Source: Nemertoderma westbladi
Lineage: Eukaryota > Animalia > Xenacoelomorpha
Direction of reading: 5' to 3'
NCBI GenBank assembly: GCA_032718475.1
Contig: JAUCBJ010003734.1
Location: forward strand, 62,001 to 126,000
DNA length: 64,000 nucleotides
Below, piece by piece: positions 45,518 through 59,190 of this stretch. Every line of letters starts with the position of its first letter. Positions within the stretch are counted from its first letter, which is position 1. Made by a program: the position numbers and the translations under genes. The notes beneath the pieces were generated by a model that made no database searches, was not told the DNA's origin, and was given only the letters and a program-made list of their open reading frames with translations.

Positions 45518-48392
45518 ACAACCTACAATATTGTGGCAAACGAACACTTACATAACCTACATTATTAAGGAAAACTTACACATACATAACCTACATTATT
45601 GTGACAAACGTACACTTACACAACCTTACATTATTGAGGCAAACGTACACTTACACAACCGACATTATTGTGACAAACGTACACTTACACAACCTTACAT
45701 TATTGAGGCAAACGTACACTTACACAACCTTAAAATATTGAGGCCCACTTACACTTACACAATATTATATTAATGAGGTAAACTTACACATACACAACCT
45801 ACATTATTGTGGCCAACGTACACTTACACAACCTACATTATTGTGGCAAACTTACACTTACACAACCTTGCATTATTGAGGCAAACTTAAACTTACACAA
45901 CCTTACATTATTGAGGAAAACTTACACTTACACAACCTTACATATTGAGGCAAACTTAAACTTACACAACCTTATATTATTGAGGAAAACTTACACTTAC
46001 ACAACCTTACATACATTATTGAGGCAAACCTAAACTTACACAATATTATATTAATGAGGTAAACTTACACATACACAACCTACATTATTGTGGCAAACGT
46101 ACACTTACACAACCTCTTACACAACCTTAAAATATTGAGGCCCACTTACACTTACACAATATTATATTAATGAGGTAAACTTACACATACACAACCTACA
46201 TTATTGTGGCCAACGTACACTTACACAACCTACATTATTGTGGCAAACTTACACTTACACAACCTTACATTATTGAGGCAAACTTAAACTTACACAACCT
46301 TACACTATTGAGGAAAACTTACACATACACAACCTACATTATTGTGGCAAACGTACACTTACACAACCTTACATTATTGAGGCAAACTTACACTTACACA
46401 ACCTACATTATTGAGGAAAACGTACACTTACACAACCTACATTATTGTGACAACGTACACTTACACAACCTACATTATTGAGGAAAAATTACACTTACAC
46501 AACCTTACATATTGAGGCAAACTTAAACTTAGACAACCTTACATTATTGAGGAAAACTTACACCTACACAAAATTACATTAATTAGGTAAACTTACACAT
46601 ACACAATATTCATTATTGTGGCCAACGTACACTTACACAACCTACATTATTGTGGCAAACTTACACTTACACAACCTTACATAGATTATTGAGGCAAACT
46701 TACACTTACACAACCTTACATACATTATTGAGGCAAACTTAAACTTATACAAAATTACATTAATGAGGTAAACTTACACATACACAACCTACATTATTGT
46801 GGCAAACGTACACTTACACAACCTACATTATTGTGGCAAACTTACACTTACACAACCTTACATACATTATTGAGGCAAACTTACACTTACACAACCTACT
46901 TTATTGTGACAAACGTAAGCAAAGCAAGCAAACAGTCGGCGAAAGCCGCAGGCGACCCGAATGCTCCTCTTTCGATAGCTGATACCCGAGGGTAGGGGTG
47001 GGCGCTACTCCTATCCCAAGATTTGCCCCCAGTTATTTAACTGGTACTCATTTTATCGACCCCATTGGATGAAAGGCTGAGTGGACCCTGGCGGGGTTGA
47101 ACCTACAACCAATAGATTGCAGGCCCGGCGCTCAAACAACTGAGCTACCCCGCCCTTGCCAAACGTACACTTACACAACCTACATTATTGTGACAAACTT
47201 ACACTTACACAACCTTACATTATTGTGACAAACTTACACTTACACAACCTACATTATTGAGGCAAACGTACACTTAAACAACCTACATTATTGAGGAAAA
47301 CTTACACTTACACAACCTACATTATTGTGGCAAACGTACACTTACACAACCTACATTATTGAGGCAAACGTACACTTAAACAACCTACATTATTGAGGAA
47401 AACTTACACTTACACAACCTACATTATTGTGATAAACGTACACCTACACAACATTACATTATTGAGGAATACTTACACTTACACAACATTACATTAATGA
47501 GGTTAACTTACACATACACAACCCACATTATTGAGGCAAACGTACACTTACACAACCTACATTATTGAGGAAAACTTACACTTACACAACCTACATTATT
47601 GTGATAAACGTACACCTACACAACATTACATTATTGAGGAATACTTACACCTACACAACATTACATTAATGAGGTAAACATACACATTCACAACTGCATT
47701 ATTGTGGCAAACGTACACTTACACAACCTACATTATTGAGGCAAACGTACGCTTACACAACCTACATTATTGTGGCAAACGTACACTTACACAACCTACA
47801 TTATTGAGGCAAACGTACACTTAAACAACCTACATTATTGAGGAAAACTTACACTTACACAACCTACATTATTGTGATAAACGTACACCTACACAACATT
47901 ACATTATTGAGGAATACTTACACTTACACAACATTACATTAATGAGGTTAACTTACACATACACAACCCACATTATTGAGGCAAACGTACACTTACACAA
48001 CCTACATTATTTAGGCAAACTTACACTTACACAACATTACATTAATGAGGTAAACTTACACATAAACAACTGCATTATTGTGGCAAACGTACACTTACAC
48101 AACCTTACATTATTGTGACAAACTTACACTTACACAACCTTAAGGTATTGAGGCAAACGTACACTTACACAACCTACATTATTGTGACAAACGTTCACTT
48201 ACACAACCATACATTATTGAGGCAAACTTACACTTACACATCATTGCATTAATGAGGTAAACTTACACATAAACAACTGCATTATTGTGGCAAACGTACA
48301 CTTACACAACCTACATTATTGTGGCAAACTTAAACTTACACAACCTTACATTATTGTGACAAACTTATACATACACAACCTTACATTACTGA
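45518..48392 (+). repeat. 34-35-bp satellite array, interrupted by a SINE
   Basis: Tandem array seen directly. Confidence 0.95.
46918..47155 (-). mobile_element. Second copy of the tRNA-derived Nin/Deu-like SINE
   Basis: Closely similar to 42774-43006; B box GGTTCAACCCC; short tandem TGCT(T) tail. Confidence 0.85.
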
Positions 48393-48552
48393 GATAGGCT
48401 CTAAATAGATCTACCCATGTTAAGGATCTATGAGCGAGAAATGATTGACAACTTCAAGTTTGGGATGACAAAAAATCAACTCGAAGATAGAGTTGTAACA
48501 TCATCTCATTTTTATATCTCAAATTTTTATATAAGTTACTAATATTACCCAC

Positions 48553-48712
48553 CCGGTTATTGTTTTAGGGCCATTGAAATTGATCATAAACCACGAACCC
48601 ACAGCCACGCCATGCCACGTTACCCAATCAAGCTGATTATCCTTCAGTGCTTGATTACAGTCGTTTCCATAAAATTCCGAGGATGCTGAACAAGTGGTGT
48701 AACCGATAACAT
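48553..48712 (-). CDS. Host gene exon (phase 1-2), N-terminal half of a discoidin/F5-8 type C-like domain
   Basis: tttacag acceptor and GG|gtgggt donor. Encodes DVIGYTTCSASSEFYGNDCNQALKDNQLDWVTWHGVAVGSWFMINFNGPKTITG (SASS..A..W..W..F...ITG pattern). Phases fit both neighbouring exons. Confidence 0.75.
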
Positions 48713-48772
48713 CTGTAAATAGTAAATAGAAGCGAAATACCAGCGAAAATATTAATTTCACTAAAAACATTA

Positions 48773-48879
48773 CTAGTCTCACAATTTTGGGAGAAGATTT
48801 CGAAACTCGGTTTTTCTGAATGAGCTGCTGATTCAGAAAAACCGAGTTTCGAAATCTTCGCCCAAAATTGTGAGACTAG
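48773..48879. repeat. 107-bp near-perfect palindrome (MITE-like)
   Basis: 53-bp arms CTAGTCTCACAATTTTGGG... with 2 mismatches and a 1-nt loop. Confidence 0.9.
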
Positions 48880-50320
48880 ACTCGGCTCCATAAAACATTA
48901 CATTACATTTTTTGTTTAGGTCTTAAATATTTTTTAAATATTATTAACTAATAATAATTATTATGTAATAGATATTAACTAATTTCAAAAAATTACAATG
49001 GCACAATTCAAAATTCTAACCGATAACGTTTGATCATAACCCGAAAAGAAATCAAACAAAAAAAAAATTTCGAAAATTGGTTAAGGAATGGCTGAGTAGT
49101 AGTATTTTGAATGTGAAAAATAGAATTCCGAGATAAACGCATTTAAAGTTTAAGAACAATATATTTCAAATGTTCCCGCTATTTTCAGTACTGGTATCTC
49201 CTTTTCTTTTCCCATTGGTTATCCCCTATCCATTTTGCGATTTCTCAATGGATTTCATGAAATTTGGTTCAAAAAAACCCCTACCCACAATTTAATAACC
49301 TGTTAAAATAATTTTAGAGTGCTTGCCAAAAAAATTATTTCGCGCAGCACGTGAACAAATTCCATTTTGGCGTATTGATTTGTTCGCATAAAATTTCGTC
49401 ACTTAGTAATAAATAGTCATGGAATAATGAGGCAACCTTAACAAACTTTCAAAATTATATAAAAATTTCTACATAATTTTATAATAAGCCTTTACACAGA
49501 ACATTAAGCTTTGTGCAGCACGTGAAACCTTCGCGCAGCACGTGAAGGTTTCACGTAGCACTTAAAGTTTTCATAAAGCACGTTAATTAATCGAGCAGCT
49601 CGGAAAGCGTCTTGATTAGGATGAGAAGCCTTCACGCGGTAACATGAAAAGTTCATGCAGCACGTGAATTAATTTTAGAGCCTGTGGAGTTTAAAAAAAA
49701 CATAAGTTTGTGGTTGTTCCCCACAATTATTATTACCAGCTATTGCTATATGATAGTTCACAATTGTTATTACTAGTAGACAACTAGTCCATTAGACAGC
49801 TGTTCAATATGTAACACAACACTAACAAATATCTATTAAATATATATTAATTAAAATTTGACGGACACGTTGACAGACAGACAGACAGACGTAATCAGAC
49901 AGACAGACGTAATCAGACAGACGGACAAACTGAGAGAAAGACACTGACATACAGAAATAGTGATTAGATGATTACAAATATGAAAACAGACATCGACATT
50001 AAAAAAAATCCCATCAGCAAACAGTTCGAAGATTGCTTATTTTGTCTGCTTTCTTTTTAATATTTCGATGGACAGACAGACAGACATACAGACGGAAACC
50101 TAGCCATTATCCGAGAAGTAAAAGAGATCTCGCTAAGCCGTTTCCTGATTTGAAATCCTCATTAAATACTACTCTAGATGAAATAGAAAAACGAAAATTT
50201 TGACTTGAGGGGGGGGGGGGGGGGGGGTGTACCCCCCCCCCCCACACCCCCACCCCCCTTAAATAGTTATTGAATTTTATATCATTTCTAACTACAATAT
50301 ATTTCTTGAATAATTAGTAC

Positions 50321-50476
50321 CTGATGGGCATTGCTTACTATTCCCACTGCAAGGTTCTCCGTTTGGGGATGGTGTGGGGTTGTCACATAACCTTATTGAT
50401 ATTTGACTTCCGAATCCAATACATTCATGTTCGGTATCACTCGACCAAGAAGACCATTCACCCCAACCGCCGTCAA
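50321..50476 (-). CDS. Host gene exon (phase 1-1), thrombospondin type-1 repeat
   Basis: DGGWGEWSSWS...C..G.Q...RLCDNPTPSPNGEPCSG; tttttag acceptor and CAG|gtact donor; 156 nt. Confidence 0.85.
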
Positions 50477-51064
50477 CTAAAAATAATTTATTATTTGATA
50501 CATAGAGTATTGTTGTTGTTATATGAAACAAAACTCAAAGGGATTCACACACACACGAACTTAAGTAATAGTGAACGTATTATTTAAAGGTATAATTAAC
50601 CATGCAGCCATGACCCGTAATAATGTAGGCTAGTGTCCGGCACGACCACCCCCCCACCCCCATATTTTTCTACAAATCTTTATTAGAATAAATGGCCTAC
50701 AGCGAACGATAATTCTTCCAATTTTGAACGTAAGTATCTCAGCTGTGTCTCAACGAAATTCAGAAATTGTTACATATTTGGAATCCTTGCCACCCAAGCT
50801 TTCTTTTGATGAGAACGAAATACGACTAATGTGAAGAATGGCCACGATACTGAGGTTGCGAATTCGCAAAAGAAACTTTTTTAAAACGCTTATAATAAAA
50901 ATGTAAAGGAAAAATCGAAAATTCCGGAACAACGACGGTGAGTTGGACTAGTTGTGTTTCAAATTTCAAGCATTATGATAATGGGGGGGGGGGGGGGGGG
51001 GGGGGTGTCAGTGTCATCATAAAATGACACTATATCAGGTTGGCTGAATCTCCAGCTGAACGTC

Positions 51065-51780
51065 TCAATGGTTGGAAAGCCCACTTTGAGAAGCACCTAA
51101 ACAATGACAGGGTATTGCCTGATAACTTTATGGTAGCCTACATCGTGTACCTGAGTCTGTCCTCAGTTGGAGACATCCATTGCTAAAATTATATTGTAAT
51201 GAGTTGTTTGAGAGATGTTCTTATTGCTTAAATCAAAGCAAAGAGCATCAAGTCTGCCAGTGGAGTAGATGGCGTGCCCCTTTAGGGCAATAAAAGTTTT
51301 GTGTGTTTGTAGATCATTCACCCATCATCTTGGACATGTATATAGGACAAAGAGAGTCCCCCAAGAACTGAAAACAAATAAGGTGGCCCCTGTCCCAAAG
51401 AACCACCACCCAAGGCCCCTGTCCCAAAGAACTACCACCCAAGGCCCCTGTCCCAAAGAACTACCACCCAAGGCCCCTGTCCCAAAGAACTACTACCAAA
51501 GGCCCCTGTCCCAAAGATCTACCACCCAAGGCCTCTGTCCCAAAGAACTACTACCAAAGGCCCCTGTCCCAAAGAACTACTGCTAAAGGCCCCTGTCCCA
51601 AGGAACTACCACCCAAGGCCCCTGCCCCAAAGAACTACCACCCAAGGCCCCTGTCCCAAAGAACTACTACCAAAGGCCCCTGTCCCAAAGAACTACTACC
51701 AAAGGCCCCTGTCCCAAAGAACTACCACCCAAGGTCCCTGTCCCAAAGAACTACTACCTTATTAGCCTTATATCGCCGTG
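51065..51780 (+). mobile_element. Decayed LINE ORF2 fragment (region preceding and entering the RT domain)
   Basis: WKAHFEKHLN, SGVDG, VPQELKTNKVAPVPK and NYYLISLIS, resembling the P..WK.A.V.P.PK...NYRPISL motif. Confidence 0.6.
51385..51757 (+). repeat. 29-bp minisatellite, ~13 copies (AGGCCCCTGTCCCAAAGAACTACCACCCA)
   Basis: Tandem array seen directly. Confidence 0.95.
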
Positions 51781-51794
51781 TAACGCCATTAATT

Positions 51795-54640
51795 GTCTAA
51801 TTGATTACCGTTATAAGAAGGGGACCTGTAGGTCTAATTTTACTGTTACAATAAGGGGAACTGTAGTTCCGATTCATTACCATTACAAGTAGGGGAACGG
51901 TAGGTCCAATTCATTACCATTACAAGAAGGGGGACCGTAGGTCCAATTCATTACCATTACAAGAAGGGGGACCGTAGGTCCAATTCATTACCATTACAAG
52001 AAGGGGAACTGTAGGTCCAATTCATTACCATTACAAGAAGGGGGACCGTAGGTCTAAATCATTACTGTTACAATAAGGGGAACTGTAGGTCCAATTCATT
52101 ACCATTACAAGAAGGGGGACCGTAGGTCCAATTCATTACCATTACAAGAAGGGGAACTGTAGGTCCAATTCATTACCATTACAAGAAGGGGGACCGTAGG
52201 TCTAAATCATTACTGTTACAATAAGGGGAACTGTAGGTCCAATTCATTACCATTACAATAAGGAGAACTGTAGGTCTAATTCATTACCATTACAATAAGG
52301 GGAACTGTAGGTCTACTTAATTACTGTTACAAGAAGGGGATCTGTAGGTCCAATTCATTACCATTACAAGAGGACGAACAGTAGGTTTAATACATTACTG
52401 TTACAAGAAGGGGAACTGTAGGTCTAATTCATTACTGTTACAAGAAGGGGAACTGTAGGTCTAATTTTACTGTTACAATAAGGGGAACTGTAGTTCCGAT
52501 TCATTACCATTACAAGTAGGGGAACCGTAGGTCCAATTCATTACCATTACAAGAAGGGGGACCGTAGGTCCAATTCATTACCATTACAAGAAGGGGAACG
52601 GTAGGTCCAATTCATTACCATTACAAGAAGGGGGACCGTAGGTCTAAATCATTACTGTTACAATAAGGGGAACTGTAGGTCCAATTCATTACCATTACAA
52701 TAAGGAGAACTGTAGGTCTAATTCATTACCATTACAATAAGGGGAACTGTAGGTCTACTTAATTACTGTTACAAGAAGGGGATCTGTAGGTCCAATTCAT
52801 TACCATTACAAGAGGACGAACAGTAGGTTTAATACATTACTGTTACAAGAAGGGGAACTGTAGGTCTAATTCATTACTGTTACAAGAAGGGGAACTGTAG
52901 GTCTAATTCATTACTGATACAAGAAGGGGGGATATCTAGGTCCAATTCATTACCATTACAAGAGGACGAACAGTACGTATAATTCATTACTGTTTCAAGA
53001 ATGGGACCTGTAGGTCTAATTCATCCCTGTTACAAGAAGGGGAACTGTAGGTCCAATTCATTACCATTACAAGAGGACGAACAGTAGGTATAATTCATTA
53101 CTGTTACAAGAATGGGACCTGTAGGTCTAATTCATTACTGTTATAAGAAGGGAACTGTAGGTCTAATTCATTACTGATACAAGAAGAGTAATTGTAGGTC
53201 CAATTCATTACCATTACAAGAAGGGGAACTGTAGATCTAATTCGTTACTTTTACAAGAAGGGAACCTGTAGGTCTAATTCATTACTGATACAAGAAGGGG
53301 ATCTGTAGGTCTAATTCATTGCTGATACAAGAAGGGATCTCTAGGTCCAATTCATTAGCATTACAAGAGGACAAACCTTAGGTCTAAATCATTACCATTA
53401 CAAGAAGGGGATCTCTAGGTCCAATTCATTACCATTACAAGAGGACGAACAGTAGGTATAATTCATTACTGTTATAAGAAGGGAACTGTAGGTCTAATTC
53501 ATTACTGATAAAAGAAGGGTAATTGTAGGTCCAATTTATTACCATTACAAGAAGGGGAACTGTAGGTCTTATTCATTACTGTTGGGGATCTGTAGGTCCA
53601 ATTCATTACAATTACAAGAGGGCGAACAGTAGGTATAATTCATTACTGTTACAAGAAGGGGACGTGTAGGTCTAATTCATTACTGTTATAAGAAGGGAAC
53701 TGTAGGTCTAATTCATTACTGATACAAGAAGGGTAATTGTAGGTCCAATTTATTACCATTACAAGAAGGGGAACTGTAGGTCTTATTCATTACTGTTGGG
53801 GATCTGTAGGTCCAATTCATTACAATTACAAGAGGGCGAACAGTAGGTATAATTCATTACTGTTACAAGAAGGGGACGTGTAGGTCTAATTCATTACTGT
53901 TATAAGAAGGGGAACTGCAGGTCTAATTCATTACTGTTACAATAAGGGGAACTGTAGGTCTAATTCATTACCATTGCCAGAGGGCGAATTATAGGTCTAT
54001 ATCATTACTGTTACAAGAAGGGGACCTGTAGGTCTAATTCATTACCATTACAAGAAGTGGGACTGCAGGTCTAATTCATTACTGTTACAAGAAGGGGAAC
54101 TGTAGGTCCAATTCATTACCATTACGAGAGGGCGAATCATAGGTCTATATCATTACTGTTACAAGAATGGGACCTGTAGGTCTAATTCATTACTGTTACA
54201 AGAAGGGGAACTGTAGGTCCAATTCATTACCATTACAAGAAGGGGAACTGTAGGTCTTATTCATTACTGTTACAAGAAGGGGATTTGTAGGTCCAATTCA
54301 TTACCATTTCAAGAAGGGGGACTGTAGGTCCAATTCATTACCATTACAAGAAGGCGAACCTTAGGTCTAAATCATTACCATTACACGAAGGGGAACTGTA
54401 GGTCTTATTATTACTGTTACAAAAAGGGGATCTGTAGGTCCAATTCATTACCATTACAAGAAGTGGGACTGTAGGTCCAATTCATTACCATTACAATAAG
54501 GGGGTCTTTAGGTCAAATTCATTACCATTACAAGAAGGGGGACTGTAGGTCCAATTCATTACCATTATAAGAGGGCGAACCTTAGGTCTAAATCATTACC
54601 ATTACACGAAGGGGAACTGTAGGTCTTATTATTACTGTTA
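51795..54640 (+). repeat. 37-bp satellite (GTAGGTCCAATTCATTACCATTACAAGAAGGGGAACT), roughly 75-80 copies
   Basis: Tandem array with internal block duplications. Confidence 0.95.
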
Positions 54641-54641
54641 A

Positions 54642-55898
54642 TTGGCGAACGCCCCGGTTGAGTATGAAATTAAGTATCCGGCACTTCTGCCAGGAACGTC
54701 TACACTAGCTAAGCTGCTAGTTCAACAATGTCATGAGGAAAACCATCATGTGGGCCAAAACTGGATCATGGGCAATATACGTCAACGATACTGGATCACC
54801 CACATCCATGCGCTAATTCGGGAAGTGTTGAAACGGTGTTTCCCTTGTAGGAGATTTCTGTCGCCACCACTCACCCAAAGAATGGCCGATTTACCGGCCA
54901 AGCGACTCCAATCCGACTCGCCGCCATTCTACGTAACTGGCGTAGACTGCTTCGGACCATTTACAGTCATAGAGCGACGATCAAACATTAAATGTTGCGG
55001 GGCCATCTTTACATGTCTACGGTCAAGGGTGATCTACCTGGATCTTGTAGTGAATCTCACGCAGCACGCATTCATCAATGCCCTGCGTCGGTTCGTGGCG
55101 AATAATGGTTCGTGCCAGCACATGTACTCGGACAACAGAACAAACTTCGTGGGAGGAGAAAGGGAATTAAGAGAGTCTATCGACGGATGGTTCACTAACG
55201 AAACCGCGTCACATGTCTGGAAGGAGCACCACATCCAGTGGCACTTCCAGACACCCTTAGCACCCCATACGAGCGGGGTATGGGAAAAGCTCATTGACTT
55301 GGTTAAACGGTCCATTCGGATCGCGTTAGGGGATACCTGGGTTACTCACGATATCTTACGCACCATATTCTGTGAAATCACGGCTACCTTAAACAACTGG
55401 CCAATAGTTCCCATCCATGACGTCCCAACCGATCTGGAGCCCCTCACACCCAACCATCTCCTTGGTAGACCCAAGACTCACATACTCCCGGATGCTATAT
55501 TCCCGGATCCCAAAGACATCGCGAAACACACAAGTTGGAAGAAAGCCCAAGCGCTGGCAGCGCATTGGTGGAGGATTTGGGCCCAGGAGTATCTCATAAC
55601 GTTACGAACAAGGAGAAAAAAATGGAATAACACGTACTGGATTATCGCAGTTGGCGATATGGTACTCGTCAAAGAAGACCTTAAAGACCGCGTGCACTGG
55701 CCTGTGGTGCGTGTCGTGGAAATATTCCCTAGTATAGACGGACTTGCAAGAACGGTGACAATACGAATGGCAAAGGGCCACTACCAACGCCCTATCCAGA
55801 GGCTTTGCCTTCTCGAAGGCAATGACAGCGGTGACTCCACGAGAGGTGATAAGTTTCCTACTCTGGATCCTGCTGCGGACATTGGTGACAATAACTAA
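54642..55898 (+). pseudogene. pol: BEL/Pao integrase remnant (element E), 5'-truncated at the satellite
   Basis: HHCC zinc motif, GVDCFGP, SDNRTNF, GVWEKLI, LTPNHLL, GDMVLV, RPIQRLCLLE. No upstream RT. Confidence 0.9.
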
Positions 55899-57150
55899 CC
55901 CGTTTAACCCTTCCCATCCTATTGACAAACTCTTTAAATGTGATTTACCGACAATAATTATGGACCCCCCTTAAACCAACTGTAACCACGCATGGTATTT
56001 GTGTTTCCTCGTGTGTTATGTGGAGTCCAGCGTCACCCTGCAGATGTTTCGACTAACACAGGGTAGTTTATGTTTTGTTCACCCTGATTTTGGTCATCAG
56101 GACCAACTACCTTAGATTATCGGAAATGGGAAAGTTTCGAAGTGGAATTCATTGTATCCATTGCTCGATTGCGTTATTCTGGTGGGTTCATGGTGCATTC
56201 CACATGACTTCGTCAATAGAGACTTTATGTTCCTCAGCCACGTTATTCTGGTGGGTCCCTGGTGCATTACACCTGAATTCGTCGGCTGAGCTTTATGTTT
56301 CTGGGAGTGTTATTCTCATGGGTCCCTGGTGCATTCCACGTGACTTCACTTCCAGCGTTCTATTCATCGTCCGTTATGTGTGCAGTTTGGGGTGTAAGCG
56401 GTGTAACGAGTCCAGCTGTTGATACCAGACTGCCGCGTAATAACCCCTCCACAACAAAGAATTCCCAAGAAGATGGTCGAAAGTAGTACGAAACGATGAA
56501 AGGAAACAGATATCTCTACTATAAACTGAATGATGATGTGTACTATTATGATGATGATAATGTGAAAATGCGCATCCCTGGTGTCTTGCACTTATAACTG
56601 AATGGTGCACGTAATATTATGATAATGTGATAATGCACATCCCTGGTGTCTTGCGCTTATAACCCAATGATGATTGCCGGGGGGCTATAAACCTGATGAA
56701 ATGTGAAATAAATGATGAAATGTGAAATAAATGATGAAATGTGAAATTAAATGAAATGGAATGTGAAATGAATAAAATGTAGAAAAGAAAAAGAAGAAAA
56801 AAAATGGGATAAAAAAGTTAAAAAAGAAACGGACATAAAAAGTAAAAAACAAGAAAAAACTGGTTGGATAATAATGAATAGCTATAGTAACTGTAAATGC
56901 TGAATTTAGCACCAAGAAGATGATAGATACCTATACAACAGTAATATTACCTATATTAAGTAGCAAGAAAAACAATTCTGTAGTCGCTATAGAATTCAGA
57001 CTTTCTAGATTTATAATTAACTGTAGTGACTGATTGACCCTTGGTGGGATAAATATTTCTCCATTTGACGCAACACCGCCGCGGCCGCTATGAGGGAGGT
57101 GAATACCGCGGCCGCTCCTAAAGCCGCAGGCCATCGCTAACTATATAGGT
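55899..57150 (+). mobile_element. Probable 3' UTR, PPT (G-run near 56679-56684) and 3' LTR start of element E; right boundary uncertain
   Basis: GCCGGGGGGC followed by TATAAAC (possibly a mutated TG start) and purine-rich low-complexity sequence. No partner LTR is in the window. Confidence 0.4.
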
Positions 57151-57199
57151 TAACTTGGGATTCTGGGGGACTTTTCGATGAAGGAACTGACCAAATTTT

Positions 57200-59190
57200 T
57201 TTATTTTCTCACCAGGGGAGCGGCTCGGAATTCTAAGATATTAGCAACTCTAACATTATTAAATCGAACCCTTTGACGGACAAGGCGGACAAAAAACCGT
57301 CATTTTTTCGACAATTTTAAAATTTTTTTGAAAGGCGCTCTACAGTGGCTCGAAAAAACCCTAGGTTATTGCTTAGCCGACGCCGGGATACGATAGAAGG
57401 GATTAATTAGTGAATTCGTTTTTTTTTTCAAAAAAGATTACCACGCCTTTTTTCCGAAAATGTCCGTCAAAGTTGAAAAAACGGACAAAATGACTTTGCG
57501 GGATCCGCTATAACTCGGCTAATATTAATCGTACGGGGACAAAAGTAACGTGGTTGGAAAGGGGAAGAGTGGTACTACCTTCGTATCGAATGGGGGTAAG
57601 ATATTTATTAAAATTTCGGGTGGAAAAAGGGGCTGTAAATTTGTACGTTTCTGTCCGTCTTTTTTGGAAAACTTATTTCCGAAAAGTTTAATTCGACAAC
57701 GCGGGTAGGAATCCACTAATTCTTTTATGAAACTCGTAGAAGACCATTGGGGCTACGTTCCTATCGAATGGGGGTACAAAAAATATGTCGGCAATAGGGA
57801 CCAAAAAGGGCCAGAATTTGTAAAGTAGTTTTTATCGAATAATTTTTTATTTTTAACTTTAGTTGGTTACGGTACATTCTATACAATCAATATCTATACG
57901 GCGAATTCAAATATGCTATCGGTTTTGCTCCAAGGATGATATTAAAAAAATGAGGGCCAAAATTATAATTTCGCGCTTCAAACTTGCTTCGCGGGAAATC
58001 GTCTAGCTCGAAAACTACTTAACTTACGGGAGATTTGTTTACACAGACTTATAGTGCGTTAAATTATGTATCTAACAGCGTTAATCACAGCGCCGGAGGT
58101 ATTATAAAACTGGAGCGGCAGGCGATCGTGAGAAATATAATATTTATAAAAAGGGACGAAAAATTTTTTTTTTAACAAATCGCTATTCCATTATAATTTA
58201 GCGTATTGCGCCAAAAGTACCTGTAAAATGTAGCAAATTAACTCCGCTATCTTTTATCTTAACATATATAATTAAAATTACGAATTTTAAGGGTCGAAAA
58301 ATATCGCGTTATTTTGGCCCTTTTTTTTAATTTTTTTAGGGCCAAAAATAACCCCTTCTCAAAAGATTAAGAAAAAAATTACGGCAAAGAATATACCAAT
58401 TTTATTGAATTTGGACCATCAGAACCGAAGTTAGGGCGATTTTAGTGAAAAAATAAAAATAATTTTTTTTGCAAAAAAATTAAGAATGGTCAGGTCAATA
58501 TTGGATTTCGAACCCGCGAACTTAGGTTTCCTTAACGTGATTGATAACCACTAGACTATGTGAGCAAGTGAATTTGAAATTTTCGAGTGACTATTTTTAA
58601 ACATAAATAACTTCGGTTCTACAGGGCCGTTTAATCTGAAACTTTTTTCATTGGATAGAGAATAGATCGTAGTGTGTGAAATAGGATAAAACTTGGGAAA
58701 AGACTTATGTGCACTTAGTGCAAAATGCACTTAAATAGTGAACATTTTTTCGATATTTCAAACACTATTATTTCCAGTTCTATTCATCGTAGAATGTTAT
58801 TTTTTGGATTAAAATGTAGTTTGGAATGATTTCTAACTATAATCGTAACATTTGTGTAACTTTTTATGTCTATAAAGTGACTTAAAATGTCCATGAATAT
58901 GGTCCAAAATCGCAAATCCAGATTTATTAAATTGGATTTTTGACACTTTTAGTGACTGACACTTGATCATACACCATCGTAGATCGGTAGAGGATAAACA
59001 TAAGTTTCTTAAATAAGAGCCACCATTACGATCTGCTAAAGTGCATTTGTACAAATAAGTGTGCAAAAGTGCAAATTTTTTAATAAGGTCAAATTATATA
59101 GTATTGGGTTCTTTTCTTTGCAGATACTTTATTTTCATATTGATATGTTGTTTGAACCTTACTGAGCGCATTAGGGGATATGCGTACAAA
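57200..59190. mobile_element. Unclassified non-coding interspersed repeat, probably a non-autonomous DNA element, with a tRNA-like A/B box remnant near 58490-58560 (minus)
   Basis: CpG-rich AT-rich sequence with recurring ACGGACA, TATCGAATGGGG and AACTTCGGTTCT motifs. No credible ORF; termini not resolved. Confidence 0.3.

Noticed and set aside
45531-46982. ORFs in the satellite (His/Leu/Thr/Tyr-rich peptides)
   Set aside because: Translations of tandem repeats.
49340-50100. GCAGCACGTGAA repeats and a (GACA)n tract as a Helitron/Helentron-type element or an E-box enhancer
   Set aside because: Termini could not be defined and the family cannot be assigned from sequence alone.
50209-51005. 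Poly-G/poly-C tracts (also 27623-27661) as functional G-quadruplex elements
   Set aside because: Homopolymer runs of uncertain length with no supporting context.
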